Shown here piece after piece: positions 48,669 to 58,013 of a DNA stretch of 64,000 nt (positions are counted from its first letter, which is position 1; each line of letters begins with the position of its first letter). The notes below the pieces were generated by a model, which did not search any database, was not told where the DNA came from, and worked only from the letters and a program-made list of their open reading frames with translations. A program made the position numbers and the translations under genes. Origin of the DNA: a virus (Duplodnaviria > Heunggongvirae > Uroviricota > Caudoviricetes). The stretch lies in the IMG/VR virus record IMGVR_UViG_3300012347_000520, positions 14,642 through 78,641 of that record. One strand, 5' to 3'.

Positions 48669-49258
48669 TAGACTAATCTCCAACTCTCTTTAGGCTCATC
48701 ACGATAAATTCCATAAAATATGTATGACATTCCTGTTTTTAAAACTGCTGCATATTGAGCATCTTGATCTGGTTTAAAAGCAGTCTTAAATCTTTGAGGA
48801 ATACCCTCAAGCTCTATAACTGCACCTAAACCGCCTGTAGGCAGGACTTTAGTTATTTTGCGTACTATTAGCTTAGCACGTCTAGATTTTTTGTATTGGA
48901 ATATTGTGCCAGAGCTATCAATAAACCAAGTAGTAGCCTTCGCTAGTTTAAGTAAATCACCTAAAAAGTAGACAGCTCTGTGAATAGGAAACAGTTTAAC
49001 ACCCTGCACTAACAGTTCCAGCCTTCTGCGGCTTAGGGTAGGCTTGTCTATATTTCTATCGTCTACTATGCGCAGAGTACCTGTATGCTCGTCTGTGTCG
49101 AGATCAGTATACTCTGTTGCATAGTATACTACGCCGTCTTCTATTTTAGGCTCATTTTCACTTAGTCTGAATACGGGCCAAACGACCGTCTCTAAGTTCA
49201 TAGTATTCCTCAAACTTATCGAAAGCGTAGTCTTGACCAATATCTTGATCAACGCCAA
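48668..49258 (-). CDS. hypothetical protein
   Basis: 196-aa ORF whose 5' end overlaps the DNA polymerase 3' end in another frame. The true start may be internal (MNLET..). Confidence 0.35.
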   Translation of the reverse strand: MALIKILVKTTLSISLRNTMNLETVVWPVFRLSENEPKIEDGVVYYATEYTDLDTDEHTGTLRIVDDRNIDKPTLSRRRLELLVQGVKLFPIHRAVYFLGDLLKLAKATTWFIDSSGTIFQYKKSRRAKLIVRKITKVLPTGGLGAVIELEGIPQRFKTAFKPDQDAQYAAVLKTGMSYIFYGIYRDEPKESWRLV

Positions 49259-51449
49259 TCGGAAAGCCTTTAATTGAACATCCTAGGTCTTGCTGAGTGT
49301 TGCGCTTGAGGATCTCGCAGTATTCCACCACATCTTCGTCTTTTACAATCGCAACAATCGAGTCATGAACTAGCATGAAAATATGAGCATCTAGGCCTTT
49401 GGCTTTGATTTCGTTGGCAGTAGCCATAGCGCCAAACAAGTTCATGTCACTAGCTAAGGACTGTACTTCAGCGTTAATACCGCTACGCACTTCGTGACTA
49501 GCAATACCCTTATCACTAGAGAATACGTTTGGCAGACGGCGTTTACGGCCAAAGAAACTATAAGTATATCCGTTAGCTTCAATAAACTGTTTACGACCAG
49601 TTAGCCATGCTTTTAGCTTATTAAACTTCGTAAAGTACGCTTTAATATCTGACTGTGCTTGGTCAAGCCCGTAGTACTCGCCTGTAGCTTTTGATACTGT
49701 TTCAGAAACTTTCTTAGCGCCTGAACCGTACAAAATACCGAATGAAATAGCTTTTGCTGACTGACGCATATTGCCGTATAGCTTTTTAACGTCGTCTACT
49801 TCACAAGGCAAGTTAAATACCATTTTAGCAATTGTTGAGTGAAAGTCACCGCCGCTAGTAAAAACTGTTTGCAGATTCTTGTCTCCCGATAACACTGCGG
49901 CGTAATACATCTCCGCAGTGGTCAAGTCTTGGGAAACAATCTTGTAGCCTTCTGGTGCTGCAATACATCCTTTGATAATTGGATCATCACGAGGAATTTG
50001 CTGAGCATTAAACTTACCACTTGAAGACAAACGGCCTGAAGTGGTAAAGATAAGATTAAAATTGGTACGAATTCTGTCATCTTTATCTAGTTCTGGTAAA
50101 ATCTTTGAAATATAGGTATTTTGAATCTTACCTAATTGGCGAACTTTAAGAATAGCTGCTGGTAGTGGATGTTGCTCTGCTAGTTCTTTTAATACTTCAG
50201 CATCAGTAGAAATAGCTCCAGTTGCTGTTTTCTTACCAGTGTGCTCTAAGCCTAGGTAGTCAAATAGCACTGTACGTAACTGCAACACAGAGTTAGGGTT
50301 AAAGATTTTGCCTGTATCAAGTTCAAACTGCTTAACTTGTTCAAACTTGTAAACATCTTCTTTAGCTAACTGAATCTGTTCGTTTAAATACAGGTCTGCA
50401 CCTTGCATACGTTCGCGATGAATTGGAATGCCTACTTCTTCCATATCCATAAGGAATAAAGTACCTGCAACTAGGAGCTTTTCGTATACATAACGTAGCT
50501 TATCGTTCTTTTGCACTAGAGGCCAGAACTTCAGGAATAGTTCATAAGTTACAGCAGTATCAATAGATGCGTAACGGGCAATAGTTTCAAAAGGAATTAA
50601 GTCATAAGTAAAGTCATCTTGCAACATACCATGAGATGCACAATACTCTTTCTTGAAGGTATCCAACTCACTATCGTAGTCACCATAGTCTGTGTACTTT
50701 AAAGCCAAAGGCTTCAAACCGTGACTATCATTCTCATCTAGGACGTAATGCATCAACATAGTATCATGCACACGATCGCGATCAAAGTCAATATCAAGAT
50801 GGTACTTAATCATCTTAAAGTCAAACTTCATGTTGTGGAATACTGTATAGAAACGCTTAGCAATTTCTCGCATCATTTCAATACATTCTTCGTCTAAACA
50901 GTCTGTTAAGATGTAACGTCCTTGTTTTGATTTGTACGTAAGTGAAACACCAAGTACGTAACCATCACGAGGATACAAGGCAGTTGTTTCCGTGTCCCAT
51001 GCCACGTAACCTTGAGCATTGTCAAGAACTTCTTGTAAAAAGGCTTTAGCAATAATTGTGCTATCAATGCCTTTAAAGTCGCCTTGAGTAGTAGCCTTAG
51101 CTTGGCCACTAATGTACTTGTGAATTTTATCACACGCACGTTGAAAATCTGGTTTGCCTTCTGGCTTAAAGCTCAACATCGCTGGATTAGAAATTGCGAT
51201 GAACTTATCATGAACTAACTGCCCTGCCATACTGGTCACGGAAGTTATTTTAGCGTATTCCTTGGCCGCTTCGGCGCCGACTAAAATTACGAAGTCGTAT
51301 TCTTCAAGGTTAACCTCAAGGTCAACGTCCTTTTTTAACAACTTGGTAATTGGAATTGAGCTCATGTGGTAGTGATCAAACTCAAACTGAAAATAGTCTG
51401 AGTAACGAGTACGGTTAGGAGCTTTGTCGATTAATGCGATTTTTGTCAT
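49158..51449 (-). CDS. DNA polymerase, family A, with 3'-5' exonuclease domain
   Basis: Exo I region DTETTALYP. Pol motif A region and motif B RQSAKAISFGILYGSGAKK. Motif C HDSIVAIV. Confidence 0.9.
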   Translation of the reverse strand: MTKIALIDKAPNRTRYSDYFQFEFDHYHMSSIPITKLLKKDVDLEVNLEEYDFVILVGAEAAKEYAKITSVTSMAGQLVHDKFIAISNPAMLSFKPEGKPDFQRACDKIHKYISGQAKATTQGDFKGIDSTIIAKAFLQEVLDNAQGYVAWDTETTALYPRDGYVLGVSLTYKSKQGRYILTDCLDEECIEMMREIAKRFYTVFHNMKFDFKMIKYHLDIDFDRDRVHDTMLMHYVLDENDSHGLKPLALKYTDYGDYDSELDTFKKEYCASHGMLQDDFTYDLIPFETIARYASIDTAVTYELFLKFWPLVQKNDKLRYVYEKLLVAGTLFLMDMEEVGIPIHRERMQGADLYLNEQIQLAKEDVYKFEQVKQFELDTGKIFNPNSVLQLRTVLFDYLGLEHTGKKTATGAISTDAEVLKELAEQHPLPAAILKVRQLGKIQNTYISKILPELDKDDRIRTNFNLIFTTSGRLSSSGKFNAQQIPRDDPIIKGCIAAPEGYKIVSQDLTTAEMYYAAVLSGDKNLQTVFTSGGDFHSTIAKMVFNLPCEVDDVKKLYGNMRQSAKAISFGILYGSGAKKVSETVSKATGEYYGLDQAQSDIKAYFTKFNKLKAWLTGRKQFIEANGYTYSFFGRKRRLPNVFSSDKGIASHEVRSGINAEVQSLASDMNLFGAMATANEIKAKGLDAHIFMLVHDSIVAIVKDEDVVEYCEILKRNTQQDLGCSIKGFPIGVDQDIGQDYAFDKFEEYYELRDGRLARIQTK

Positions 51450-51484
51450 AGTTTCTTTCTGATACTTTATTATAGCGTATCTTG

Positions 51485-52339
51485 CTATTTTTTAACATAC
51501 TCTGCGATAGAGCGTACATCTTCGGCGTCGAGGTCGCCAGGATCACTGCCTTCTGGAAGGTTGACGATTTCCACAATGAAGCTTTCTGCTTCAATAAGTG
51601 GTTTAAGGTTGTGCGCAGCTTTAATGCCCGCTTCGTCACCGTCAAATAGTAAGTATATGTGTGTAATTCCCTGAGCCTTAAAAGGTAAGAGCTTTTGTTT
51701 TGTATCATTTTGTAGTGTGTTAGTTCCAAAGGCACAAACAACGTTTTCTAAACCCTTGTCGTATAAGTTTAGCATATCAAAAATGCCTTCAACAATTACC
51801 ATAGACTTGTGGCCTTGTGGTAAGTGCGAAGGAAATACTGGAATCTTAACGCCCTGAGGGTAGTTGATATATCTGGGATTGCCGTTGGACATAGTATGTC
51901 TGCCAACAAATACCACGGTTTTACCTGTAATGTCTTTGATTGGAAAGATAATTCTGTCTACTAGCTTTTCTTCTTGATTTGTATAAAACGCCCCAAATGT
52001 TTTTAGGGTTGCTGGGCTAATGCCTCGGAATTGTTTTAAGTACGGAGTATACCCTTTTGGCAGTTCCAAGTCAAGTCCAAGACTTCTAATGTTAGACAGC
52101 TTTTCTTTTAGAGCAGCAATCTTCATTGGCACGGGATTAGTAAAAACGCCGTAAAACTTAAACAAGTTAGTCTTGAAACCACAAGCAAAGCAATGTGCAA
52201 CTCCAGTTACCTTATCTACCCTAAAACTTGGGTTAGAGTCAGTATGTTCAGGATTTAAACATTTGATCAAGTAGTCACGGCCCGACATATTGTATGCCAG
52301 GCCGTTCTTTTGGATTAATTCTAATACTGGATCGCTCAT
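51485..52339 (-). CDS. DNA primase (DnaG-like: CHC2 zinc finger + TOPRIM)
   Basis: Zinc ribbon CLNPEHTDSNPSF...CFACG. TOPRIM acidic motifs IVEGIFD and LLFDGDEAG. Start set at MSDPVLELIQ... The longer track ORF (start 52492) overlaps a tightly fitting small gene in another frame. Confidence 0.75.
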   Translation of the reverse strand: MSDPVLELIQKNGLAYNMSGRDYLIKCLNPEHTDSNPSFRVDKVTGVAHCFACGFKTNLFKFYGVFTNPVPMKIAALKEKLSNIRSLGLDLELPKGYTPYLKQFRGISPATLKTFGAFYTNQEEKLVDRIIFPIKDITGKTVVFVGRHTMSNGNPRYINYPQGVKIPVFPSHLPQGHKSMVIVEGIFDMLNLYDKGLENVVCAFGTNTLQNDTKQKLLPFKAQGITHIYLLFDGDEAGIKAAHNLKPLIEAESFIVEIVNLPEGSDPGDLDAEDVRSIAEYVKK

Positions 52340-52340
52340 G

Positions 52341-52544
52341 TTAGTCTCGTATTTTGTAAACTTCTTTACACATAAACCAGCCATTTTGAAATGATAGCAA
52401 CTCATCCCAAACAGGGTGTTCAGGATGAGCACTAATATTTTTAGGCAGTAGTTCTGTGTTTGATCTGTTTTGCCAGAAAAGTAAGCTAACATAAGCTAGC
52501 TCTGCTTCTCCGTATTCATCTAGTAGTTCTAGTCGTGTTTTCAT
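52341..52544 (-). CDS. hypothetical small protein (67 aa) between helicase and primase
   Basis: ATG overlaps the helicase stop (TAATG) and its stop lies 1 nt before the primase ATG. It exactly fills the inter-gene gap. Confidence 0.45.
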   Translation of the reverse strand: MKTRLELLDEYGEAELAYVSLLFWQNRSNTELLPKNISAHPEHPVWDELLSFQNGWFMCKEVYKIRD

Positions 52545-53944
52545 TATGCGTCCCATGGAAGGTCTGCCGAATCTTCGGTTTTTACTCCAGACTTATCGGG
52601 TATCTTGGATTCCTTGCTTCCCACCTTCTTAATCTTCTCAGGTGCACTAGGCTTGTCAACCGACTGTGGGCTGATGCGTAAGGTGTCCCAGTCAATCGGG
52701 CACGTGAAAGCCATTTCTTTTCCGCCACGAATTTTCGTAGTTTCAAAAGATACTGCATTCGTTTCTTTGTCATGTGCTTCCATCGTAAGGGCAATATCCG
52801 CTGCATCCAAGATGCCTTTAGCAAAGCGGGCTTCTCCGTTTGCGTCGATTTGGTATGGCGAAACCATGACAATTTCGTATTTCCGCGCAAGATTTTTAAG
52901 CTTCTTTGAGACTTCGATCTGTGGTTTCCAATCATACTGATCGTTTCCTTCTAGGACAATTTGGTTAACATAGTCAACGACGACAAGCTTTAGCTTATCT
53001 CCAAACTTGGCTTTGGCTTTACCAATATGAAGGTCGATCGAGCTTAGGGTCAAGTCACGGTCGTCAACGATAATCATTTGATTATCCTCTTTTAGAGAGT
53101 GCTGACGTACTAACATTTCTTCAAATTTAAAGCGGTCACGATGACGCAAAAATTCTTCAACAGAACCTTCGGCATCTTTAAACATATTAGCACGAGCTTT
53201 AACTAATCTTAGAACTTCTTCGTCTGTTAGTTTATGTTGTTTAAGGTTTTGTAGGTTTACGTTGGCTAGGATAGACAGATTACGTTCCATCGTCTCCTTA
53301 GCGGTCATTTCAATACTAAAGTAAATACTAGAGTTACCAGCTTCATACTGATTAACAAAGATATTACTACTAGTAATAGACTTACCTGACCCTCTCTTAC
53401 CGCCAATGAGAATGAGCTCTTGTCTTGCAACGCCTCCGAGCACAGCATCGAAAGAATTGTTAAGTCCAAGATATACACGCTCTTTCTCCAAGTCTTCTGG
53501 TCGGCTGAACATCATCATGTCAGCCATAGTAAACACTTTTTCTGATGTATGTGTTTTTTCTTCAATAGTCAGAGCAATAGATGCTAGACTATCTTTAATT
53601 TCATTTGTGTCGTAAAGTGGTAGTTTATCAACAAACTTGTCCAATAACTTTACTGTTTCGTTTTGTGTGTACTGGTCGATTAAAGCGTCTAACGCTACTT
53701 CTACCGATACGTCTGGTACTTCTGTTAGCTTTAATGTAGCTAGTGTTTTAGAGGCAGGGCCTTCTCTTACCGTTAACTCAAGATCATCAAAACTAGGAAT
53801 TGAGTTATACTTTTCGTAGTGCTTATTAATAACACTATATAGTGAGGAATACGCAGGATCTAAAAATACTAGCTTAAGTTTTGCCCAGATATCTAGGTTT
53901 TTCTCTGCTAATAATTTATTTAATACTACTGCGGAAGTATCCAC
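52544..53944 (-). CDS. replicative DNA helicase (DnaB family)
   Basis: N-terminal DnaB-like helical domain and a RecA-like domain with Walker A GGKRGSGKS and Walker B IIVDD. Confidence 0.8.
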   Translation of the reverse strand: MDTSAVVLNKLLAEKNLDIWAKLKLVFLDPAYSSLYSVINKHYEKYNSIPSFDDLELTVREGPASKTLATLKLTEVPDVSVEVALDALIDQYTQNETVKLLDKFVDKLPLYDTNEIKDSLASIALTIEEKTHTSEKVFTMADMMMFSRPEDLEKERVYLGLNNSFDAVLGGVARQELILIGGKRGSGKSITSSNIFVNQYEAGNSSIYFSIEMTAKETMERNLSILANVNLQNLKQHKLTDEEVLRLVKARANMFKDAEGSVEEFLRHRDRFKFEEMLVRQHSLKEDNQMIIVDDRDLTLSSIDLHIGKAKAKFGDKLKLVVVDYVNQIVLEGNDQYDWKPQIEVSKKLKNLARKYEIVMVSPYQIDANGEARFAKGILDAADIALTMEAHDKETNAVSFETTKIRGGKEMAFTCPIDWDTLRISPQSVDKPSAPEKIKKVGSKESKIPDKSGVKTEDSADLPWDA

Positions 53945-53946
53945 TG

Positions 53947-54246
53947 TTAACCTACTTTCGATTCATTGTCGATAATAACTTGATCAATTATCTCGCCAAC
54001 TTTATAAATAATATTGCTACGTAATTTTTGTAGGTCTTGTTGATACCCTGCACCACTATCATACAACAAGCTCAACTGCTCGTGTGTAATCAACTGTTGC
54101 AGACCAAAATAAATCATATCATATGCCATAGTTGATTCAGGCATAATCTCGATATGAGCATTTTTTCCGTAATTGTGTACTGCTTGGGCTACTACTTCTT
54201 CTACTGTCAACGACTCATTGTCGTGATATGTAATATTGACTTTCAT
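53947..54246 (-). CDS. hypothetical protein
   Basis: 99-aa ORF with RBS AGGAGA, directly after a strong terminator. Stop 2 nt before the helicase ATG. Confidence 0.45.
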   Translation of the reverse strand: MKVNITYHDNESLTVEEVVAQAVHNYGKNAHIEIMPESTMAYDMIYFGLQQLITHEQLSLLYDSGAGYQQDLQKLRSNIIYKVGEIIDQVIIDNESKVG

Positions 54247-54262
54247 TTGTATCTCCTAAAGC

Positions 54263-54298
54263 AAAAAAGGTCGGGAGCTAAAACAACTCCCGACCTGA
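54263..54298 (-). terminator. rho-independent terminator (minus strand) after the HTH-repeat gene
   Basis: On the minus strand, ggtcgggag-ttgttttag-ctcccgacc hairpin followed by TTTTTTTGCTTT. Confidence 0.65.
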
Positions 54299-54315
54299 GG
54301 CAATTAAGCTACAAA

Positions 54316-55062
54316 TTAAGCAGCAGCTTTTGCTTCTGCTTTAGCTTTCTTAGCTGCACCATCATAGTCAGCAACTTTGATACCACGGCGAGTAAGCAAA
54401 GTACGTAGACCACGTTCTGTTTTATCAACAGCAGCAGCGATTTCAGCAACAGTCATAGTAGCGATTTTATCGCCCAATGCTGCAACTAGATCGGTAGACT
54501 CTTTAGCGTGAGATTGCTTTTGAGCTGGAATCTTGCTGATTTGGCCTTTACGTGTCAAGCTAAGAGCTTTACCACGAACTGAGGCGATAGACTTGCCCAA
54601 GACTTGAGCGATTTCTTCGATGAATGAACCACCTTCGGCCATTTTAACGAATTTAGCTTCTTCTGCTTCTGTGTATGTACGAGCAGCTTCAACTTTTTCT
54701 GCTGGCTTAACTGAGCCAGTCAATTCCAAAGCAAGCAATTTACCTTGGATTTGTTTTGCTGAGAACTTGCCAGAAGCGAAGCGTTCAGCGATTTCTTTGT
54801 AAGTAAAGTTACCAGCATTGCTGTTAACGTAAGCGGCCAATGCATCGCCTTCGTCAGTAGTAAAAGCGCTAGTCTTTTCTTTAGCCATAGAAGCAACTTC
54901 ATGGTCCATCTGACGCAATTTGCTTGCAACTGATCGTGTTGTAAAGCCTAGAGCTTCAGCGATTTGTTCCACAGTACCTGCGGAAACTGGAGATTCACCA
55001 CCAACGATGTTCAACATTTGTGCGGTGGCTTCGTCAGACCATTTTTTAGCTTTTTCAGTCAT
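54316..55062 (-). CDS. protein with four tandem ~55-aa helix-turn-helix-like repeats (putative DNA-binding/regulatory)
   Basis: The pattern ..(V/I)EEIA..LG(K)S..SVR.KL..L.R.G recurs four times (TVEQIAEALGFTTRSVASKLRQM; YKEIAERFASGKFSAKQIQGKLLAL; FIEEIAQVLGKSIASVRGKALSL; VAEIAAAVDKTERGLRTLLTRRG). Followed by a strong terminator. Confidence 0.55.
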   Translation of the reverse strand: MTEKAKKWSDEATAQMLNIVGGESPVSAGTVEQIAEALGFTTRSVASKLRQMDHEVASMAKEKTSAFTTDEGDALAAYVNSNAGNFTYKEIAERFASGKFSAKQIQGKLLALELTGSVKPAEKVEAARTYTEAEEAKFVKMAEGGSFIEEIAQVLGKSIASVRGKALSLTRKGQISKIPAQKQSHAKESTDLVAALGDKIATMTVAEIAAAVDKTERGLRTLLTRRGIKVADYDGAAKKAKAEAKAAA

Positions 55063-55813
55063 TTTGTTTTTCTTTCAAGAAAGTGTTTAGATTTTGGATT
55101 ATTGTAATGCCGAGGTCGTCGGCTTTTTTACGTTTGGAACTACCCTTGTTATCTTCATCAACTAAGTAATCAGTGGCTTTCGTTACTGTTTCCGTAACTT
55201 TGAAACCTGCCTCTTCTAATGCTTTGTAGGCTTCTGCTTTAGTTTTATACGAGGATAATTTTCCGGTAATACAGACGGACTTTCCGCCAATCTGTACTGG
55301 AACTTGTACCGAAGTGAAAGAAAAGGGTAAAAACTCTCTCACTTCAAGGAACTCTGTATCTAGCCAGTTGACTAGATTGTTTGATACTTTCTCACCTAAG
55401 CCTGCTTCACGGCACTTGTCAAAGGTGATTTCATCAATATTGCTAACAGCGGCACAAATCTTTTTAGATGCTGTACCACCGACTAGCGGGATTGAGAAAC
55501 TAGCAATTACTGTAGCCAAATCGGCTGCTTTAGCTTTTTCAATCTCTGTAATTAGCTTGTTAGCCATTGTCGCACTGCCTAAAGCATCTGTGACTTGATC
55601 TACATCGAGATAGAAAAGCTCAGTAATATCAGCTAAACCCAACTTCTCAATGGTTTTAGCTCCCATGCCTTTGATACCCAAAGTCTTGCAGAAATGTTCA
55701 ACTTTCTTGGAAAGCTGTGCATCACAAGCTGTGTTACGACAAAAGAGTTGATCGTTGACCATCTCTAGTGGGTATGAGCAGCAAGGGCAAGTAGTTGGAA
55801 TTTCAATTTTCAT
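55055..55813 (-). CDS. ligA: NAD-dependent DNA ligase, C-terminal portion (Zn finger - HhH - BRCT)
   Basis: C4 zinc finger CPCCSYPLE..CRNTAC. HhH GIKGMGAKTIEKL. C-terminal BRCT-like KSVCITGKLSSYKTKAEAYKALEEAGFKV. Confidence 0.75.
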   Translation of the reverse strand: MKIEIPTTCPCCSYPLEMVNDQLFCRNTACDAQLSKKVEHFCKTLGIKGMGAKTIEKLGLADITELFYLDVDQVTDALGSATMANKLITEIEKAKAADLATVIASFSIPLVGGTASKKICAAVSNIDEITFDKCREAGLGEKVSNNLVNWLDTEFLEVREFLPFSFTSVQVPVQIGGKSVCITGKLSSYKTKAEAYKALEEAGFKVTETVTKATDYLVDEDNKGSSKRKKADDLGITIIQNLNTFLKEKQND

Positions 55814-55886
55814 GGCTGTTTATCAATTTCTAAGTATCTATTATACTGCTTTAAGGACTACACAACAAGTGTAAATTTCTAATGCT

Positions 55887-56837
55887 TTATGCATCAACTT
55901 TGTGCAGTACGCAAGGAATAATTTCTCCGGCCCTAATGATAGCTACCGTATCTCCGATTTGAAGATCCAGCATCTCAATGAAACCAGGATTGTTAAGAGT
56001 AGCACGACTGACAAGGGCATCGCCAACATACACAGGCTCCAGAATAGCAACTGGAGTAACTTTTCCGCTTTTGCCGACTTGCCACTCAACATCGAGAAGT
56101 TTTGTTTCAACGTGGGCTGCTCGTTCTTTCTTGGCATATGCGCCTCTAGGATGTTTGCTTGTATAACCCATGTCATAGAAGGTTTTGTTATCGTTTACAC
56201 GAAACACAATACCATCACAAGGGAAGATTTTGTCTAAGTCAGGTTCATTGATAACGCCGAAACCAGCGCCTTTCAACAAATCCATATCTTTGTTAAATGT
56301 ATCTGCTAGACTAGGCTGAACACCGTAAGCAAAAAAGCTCAAAGCACGACTACGGAATTCTGTAATATCTTTGAGGTTAAGAGCACCTGCGGCATAGTTA
56401 CGAGAGTTTTCAATATTAATCGGAGCTACCACTTCGCCAGTAATCTGGTGAACGCCCATAAACGGGATAGTTTGTGGTACAATAGGATTATTTAAAAACT
56501 TCTCAGTAACAATCTGACCTTCTACGCCATCACCGCGCGTAAGAGCTCTAACGAGATTACCATCAACATAAAGCAAGCTAAGAGCTGCCCCGTCCAGCTT
56601 AATGCTAGTAGCAAGGCTTCGAATACCTTCGAGAGGCTGATTGCCTTCATCTTCATAGTATTTCTGTAGTGAATACATTTGGTAAAGATGTTTTTCAGTT
56701 TTTGCATTTTGCTTGGCACCTACTGCGTTATAACCAGCAGACTCGGCGAGTCTGTCAAACTGTTCATCACTAATGATAGGAGAACCTGCGTAATAGGCTT
56801 TTGAAGCCGAATCTAAATATTGTTCAATTTTGTTCAT
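55887..56837 (-). CDS. ligA: NAD-dependent DNA ligase, N-terminal portion (Ia - adenylation - OB)
   Basis: LigA domain Ia YYAGSPIISDEQFDRL. Adenylation lysine motif KLDG in IKLDGAALSLLYVDG. Ends 73 nt before the C-terminal ORF. Confidence 0.75.
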   Translation of the reverse strand: MNKIEQYLDSASKAYYAGSPIISDEQFDRLAESAGYNAVGAKQNAKTEKHLYQMYSLQKYYEDEGNQPLEGIRSLATSIKLDGAALSLLYVDGNLVRALTRGDGVEGQIVTEKFLNNPIVPQTIPFMGVHQITGEVVAPINIENSRNYAAGALNLKDITEFRSRALSFFAYGVQPSLADTFNKDMDLLKGAGFGVINEPDLDKIFPCDGIVFRVNDNKTFYDMGYTSKHPRGAYAKKERAAHVETKLLDVEWQVGKSGKVTPVAILEPVYVGDALVSRATLNNPGFIEMLDLQIGDTVAIIRAGEIIPCVLHKVDA

Positions 56838-57019
56838 AGCAATAATTATAACAGTTTAGGGTAATAGCAACAAGTCTAAATTAATGGAAGTGTTTGCCAA
56901 AAGCGCAGTAGATTTGAAACTTACTAGGAGGCTCCATGAAGTCCCAGTAGTCATTTCTACTCCACTTAAAGTGTGGGCTGTAGCGGTCGATCTGTAAATG
57001 ATATTTACCAAAGCGGATA

Positions 57020-57316
57020 TTAAATAGAAGGCTGCTCATTTTTAGTAATCTTTTCGTAGTAATGCTTAATAATGTCTTCGCCCTCAGCTTTAGCACAAAT
57101 GTCTAGTAAGCCATCGAGCATTGCGTAAATATTCTCTAGTGAAGCAGGAATAGAAACACCTTCTCTACTAGCCTGCCAATCGCCTTCGTAAGTTAAAAAA
57201 TACTTACGAAGTTGAATATATTGCGTATCTCTGAATTCATTGATAACTAGCCTCACTTGAAAGCCTTTTTCCATGTTTTCTTCGATCAGCTTGTTATAAT
57301 GAATGTTGTCGTCCAT
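57020..57316 (-). CDS. hypothetical protein
   Basis: 98-aa ORF at the distal end of a tightly coupled early operon. Confidence 0.4.
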   Translation of the reverse strand: MDDNIHYNKLIEENMEKGFQVRLVINEFRDTQYIQLRKYFLTYEGDWQASREGVSIPASLENIYAMLDGLLDICAKAEGEDIIKHYYEKITKNEQPSI

Positions 57317-57332
57317 GCGTAATCTTTTGTAG

Positions 57333-57599
57333 TTAAATTAGTTGGGGTTTTGGCGCTGATAGAATATTCGCTAAGTTTTCGGCGGTTGCTAGCACTGCCC
57401 AATTAACCACAGTCCAGTCCTCAATACAGTTAATAGGAGTAACTCCAGTGCCTTCAGCAATATTGTTTATAGTATTATAATCAGTCATCTTGCTGAGCCA
57501 GTATTCCCAGTACTCAGCAAGAATAGCGTCGTCTGAATAAATTTTCCAGACGGGTTCTTCGCTATTGCCAGCAGGTTCGGCTATGAGCCAGAACCTCAT
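57333..57599 (-). CDS. hypothetical protein
   Basis: 88-aa ORF. ATGA overlap with the upstream membrane protein gene. Confidence 0.4.
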   Translation of the reverse strand: MRFWLIAEPAGNSEEPVWKIYSDDAILAEYWEYWLSKMTDYNTINNIAEGTGVTPINCIEDWTVVNWAVLATAENLANILSAPKPQLI

Positions 57600-58012
57600 T
57601 TTGATTCCTTTTTAGGCTTCTTTTTCTCAGCAGCTTTTTCTGCTTCTTCGATTCCTTCTTCTACATAAGTATCGAGCTTCTGATTGATAATAGTCAGTAC
57701 TTTTGCGCCAACTTGCTCTACTTTAGGGTTTTGGGCAATCTGCTGAGCAGTATAAGCACCAACCATTACATAGGCAGTCTTCTCGCTAGGGATTAACGTT
57801 TTGATAGCACCAATAAAGCAGAAAATTGCTACCATCCAAACAAGTTTAGATTTAAACCACTGCCAGAACTCTCCAGTATAGTCTACTGCATTAACTAATG
57901 CCGCGAATAGGCCAATAGCTACTAAGGTAAGTATTACAGCATTAACAAAAGTTAATGCGCCGTCCACAGGGCCAAGTAAGCTAATTGCGTATACAAGTAA
58001 TGCGAGATCCAT
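57596..58012 (-). CDS. membrane protein (3 TM helices, Lys/Glu-rich C-terminal tail)
   Basis: Three hydrophobic helices. Lies immediately downstream of the SPFH lipoprotein gene with a 1-nt gap. Confidence 0.5.
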   Translation of the reverse strand: MDLALLVYAISLLGPVDGALTFVNAVILTLVAIGLFAALVNAVDYTGEFWQWFKSKLVWMVAIFCFIGAIKTLIPSEKTAYVMVGAYTAQQIAQNPKVEQVGAKVLTIINQKLDTYVEEGIEEAEKAAEKKKPKKESK

Positions 58013-58013
58013 A

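Noticed and set aside
48668-49258. Possibility that this ORF is a C-terminal extension or frameshifted part of the DNA polymerase
   Set aside because: The polymerase ends with a normal stop after its thumb region and this ORF is in a different frame. Kept as a separate hypothetical gene with an uncertain start.
52340-52492. N-terminal 51-codon extension of the primase ORF (track start 52492)
   Set aside because: The extension has an odd hydrophobic composition and overlaps, in another frame, a small ORF that fits exactly between the helicase stop and the MSDPV.. primase start. The DnaG zinc-ribbon domain begins right after MSDPV.
56881-57096. 71-aa minus-strand ORF in the region upstream of the ligase gene
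   Set aside because: It overlaps the 57020..57316 gene in another frame, has no RBS, and sits in what looks like the regulatory region for the ligase. The TATAAT seen there is only 7 nt from the ligase ATG, so it was not called a promoter either.
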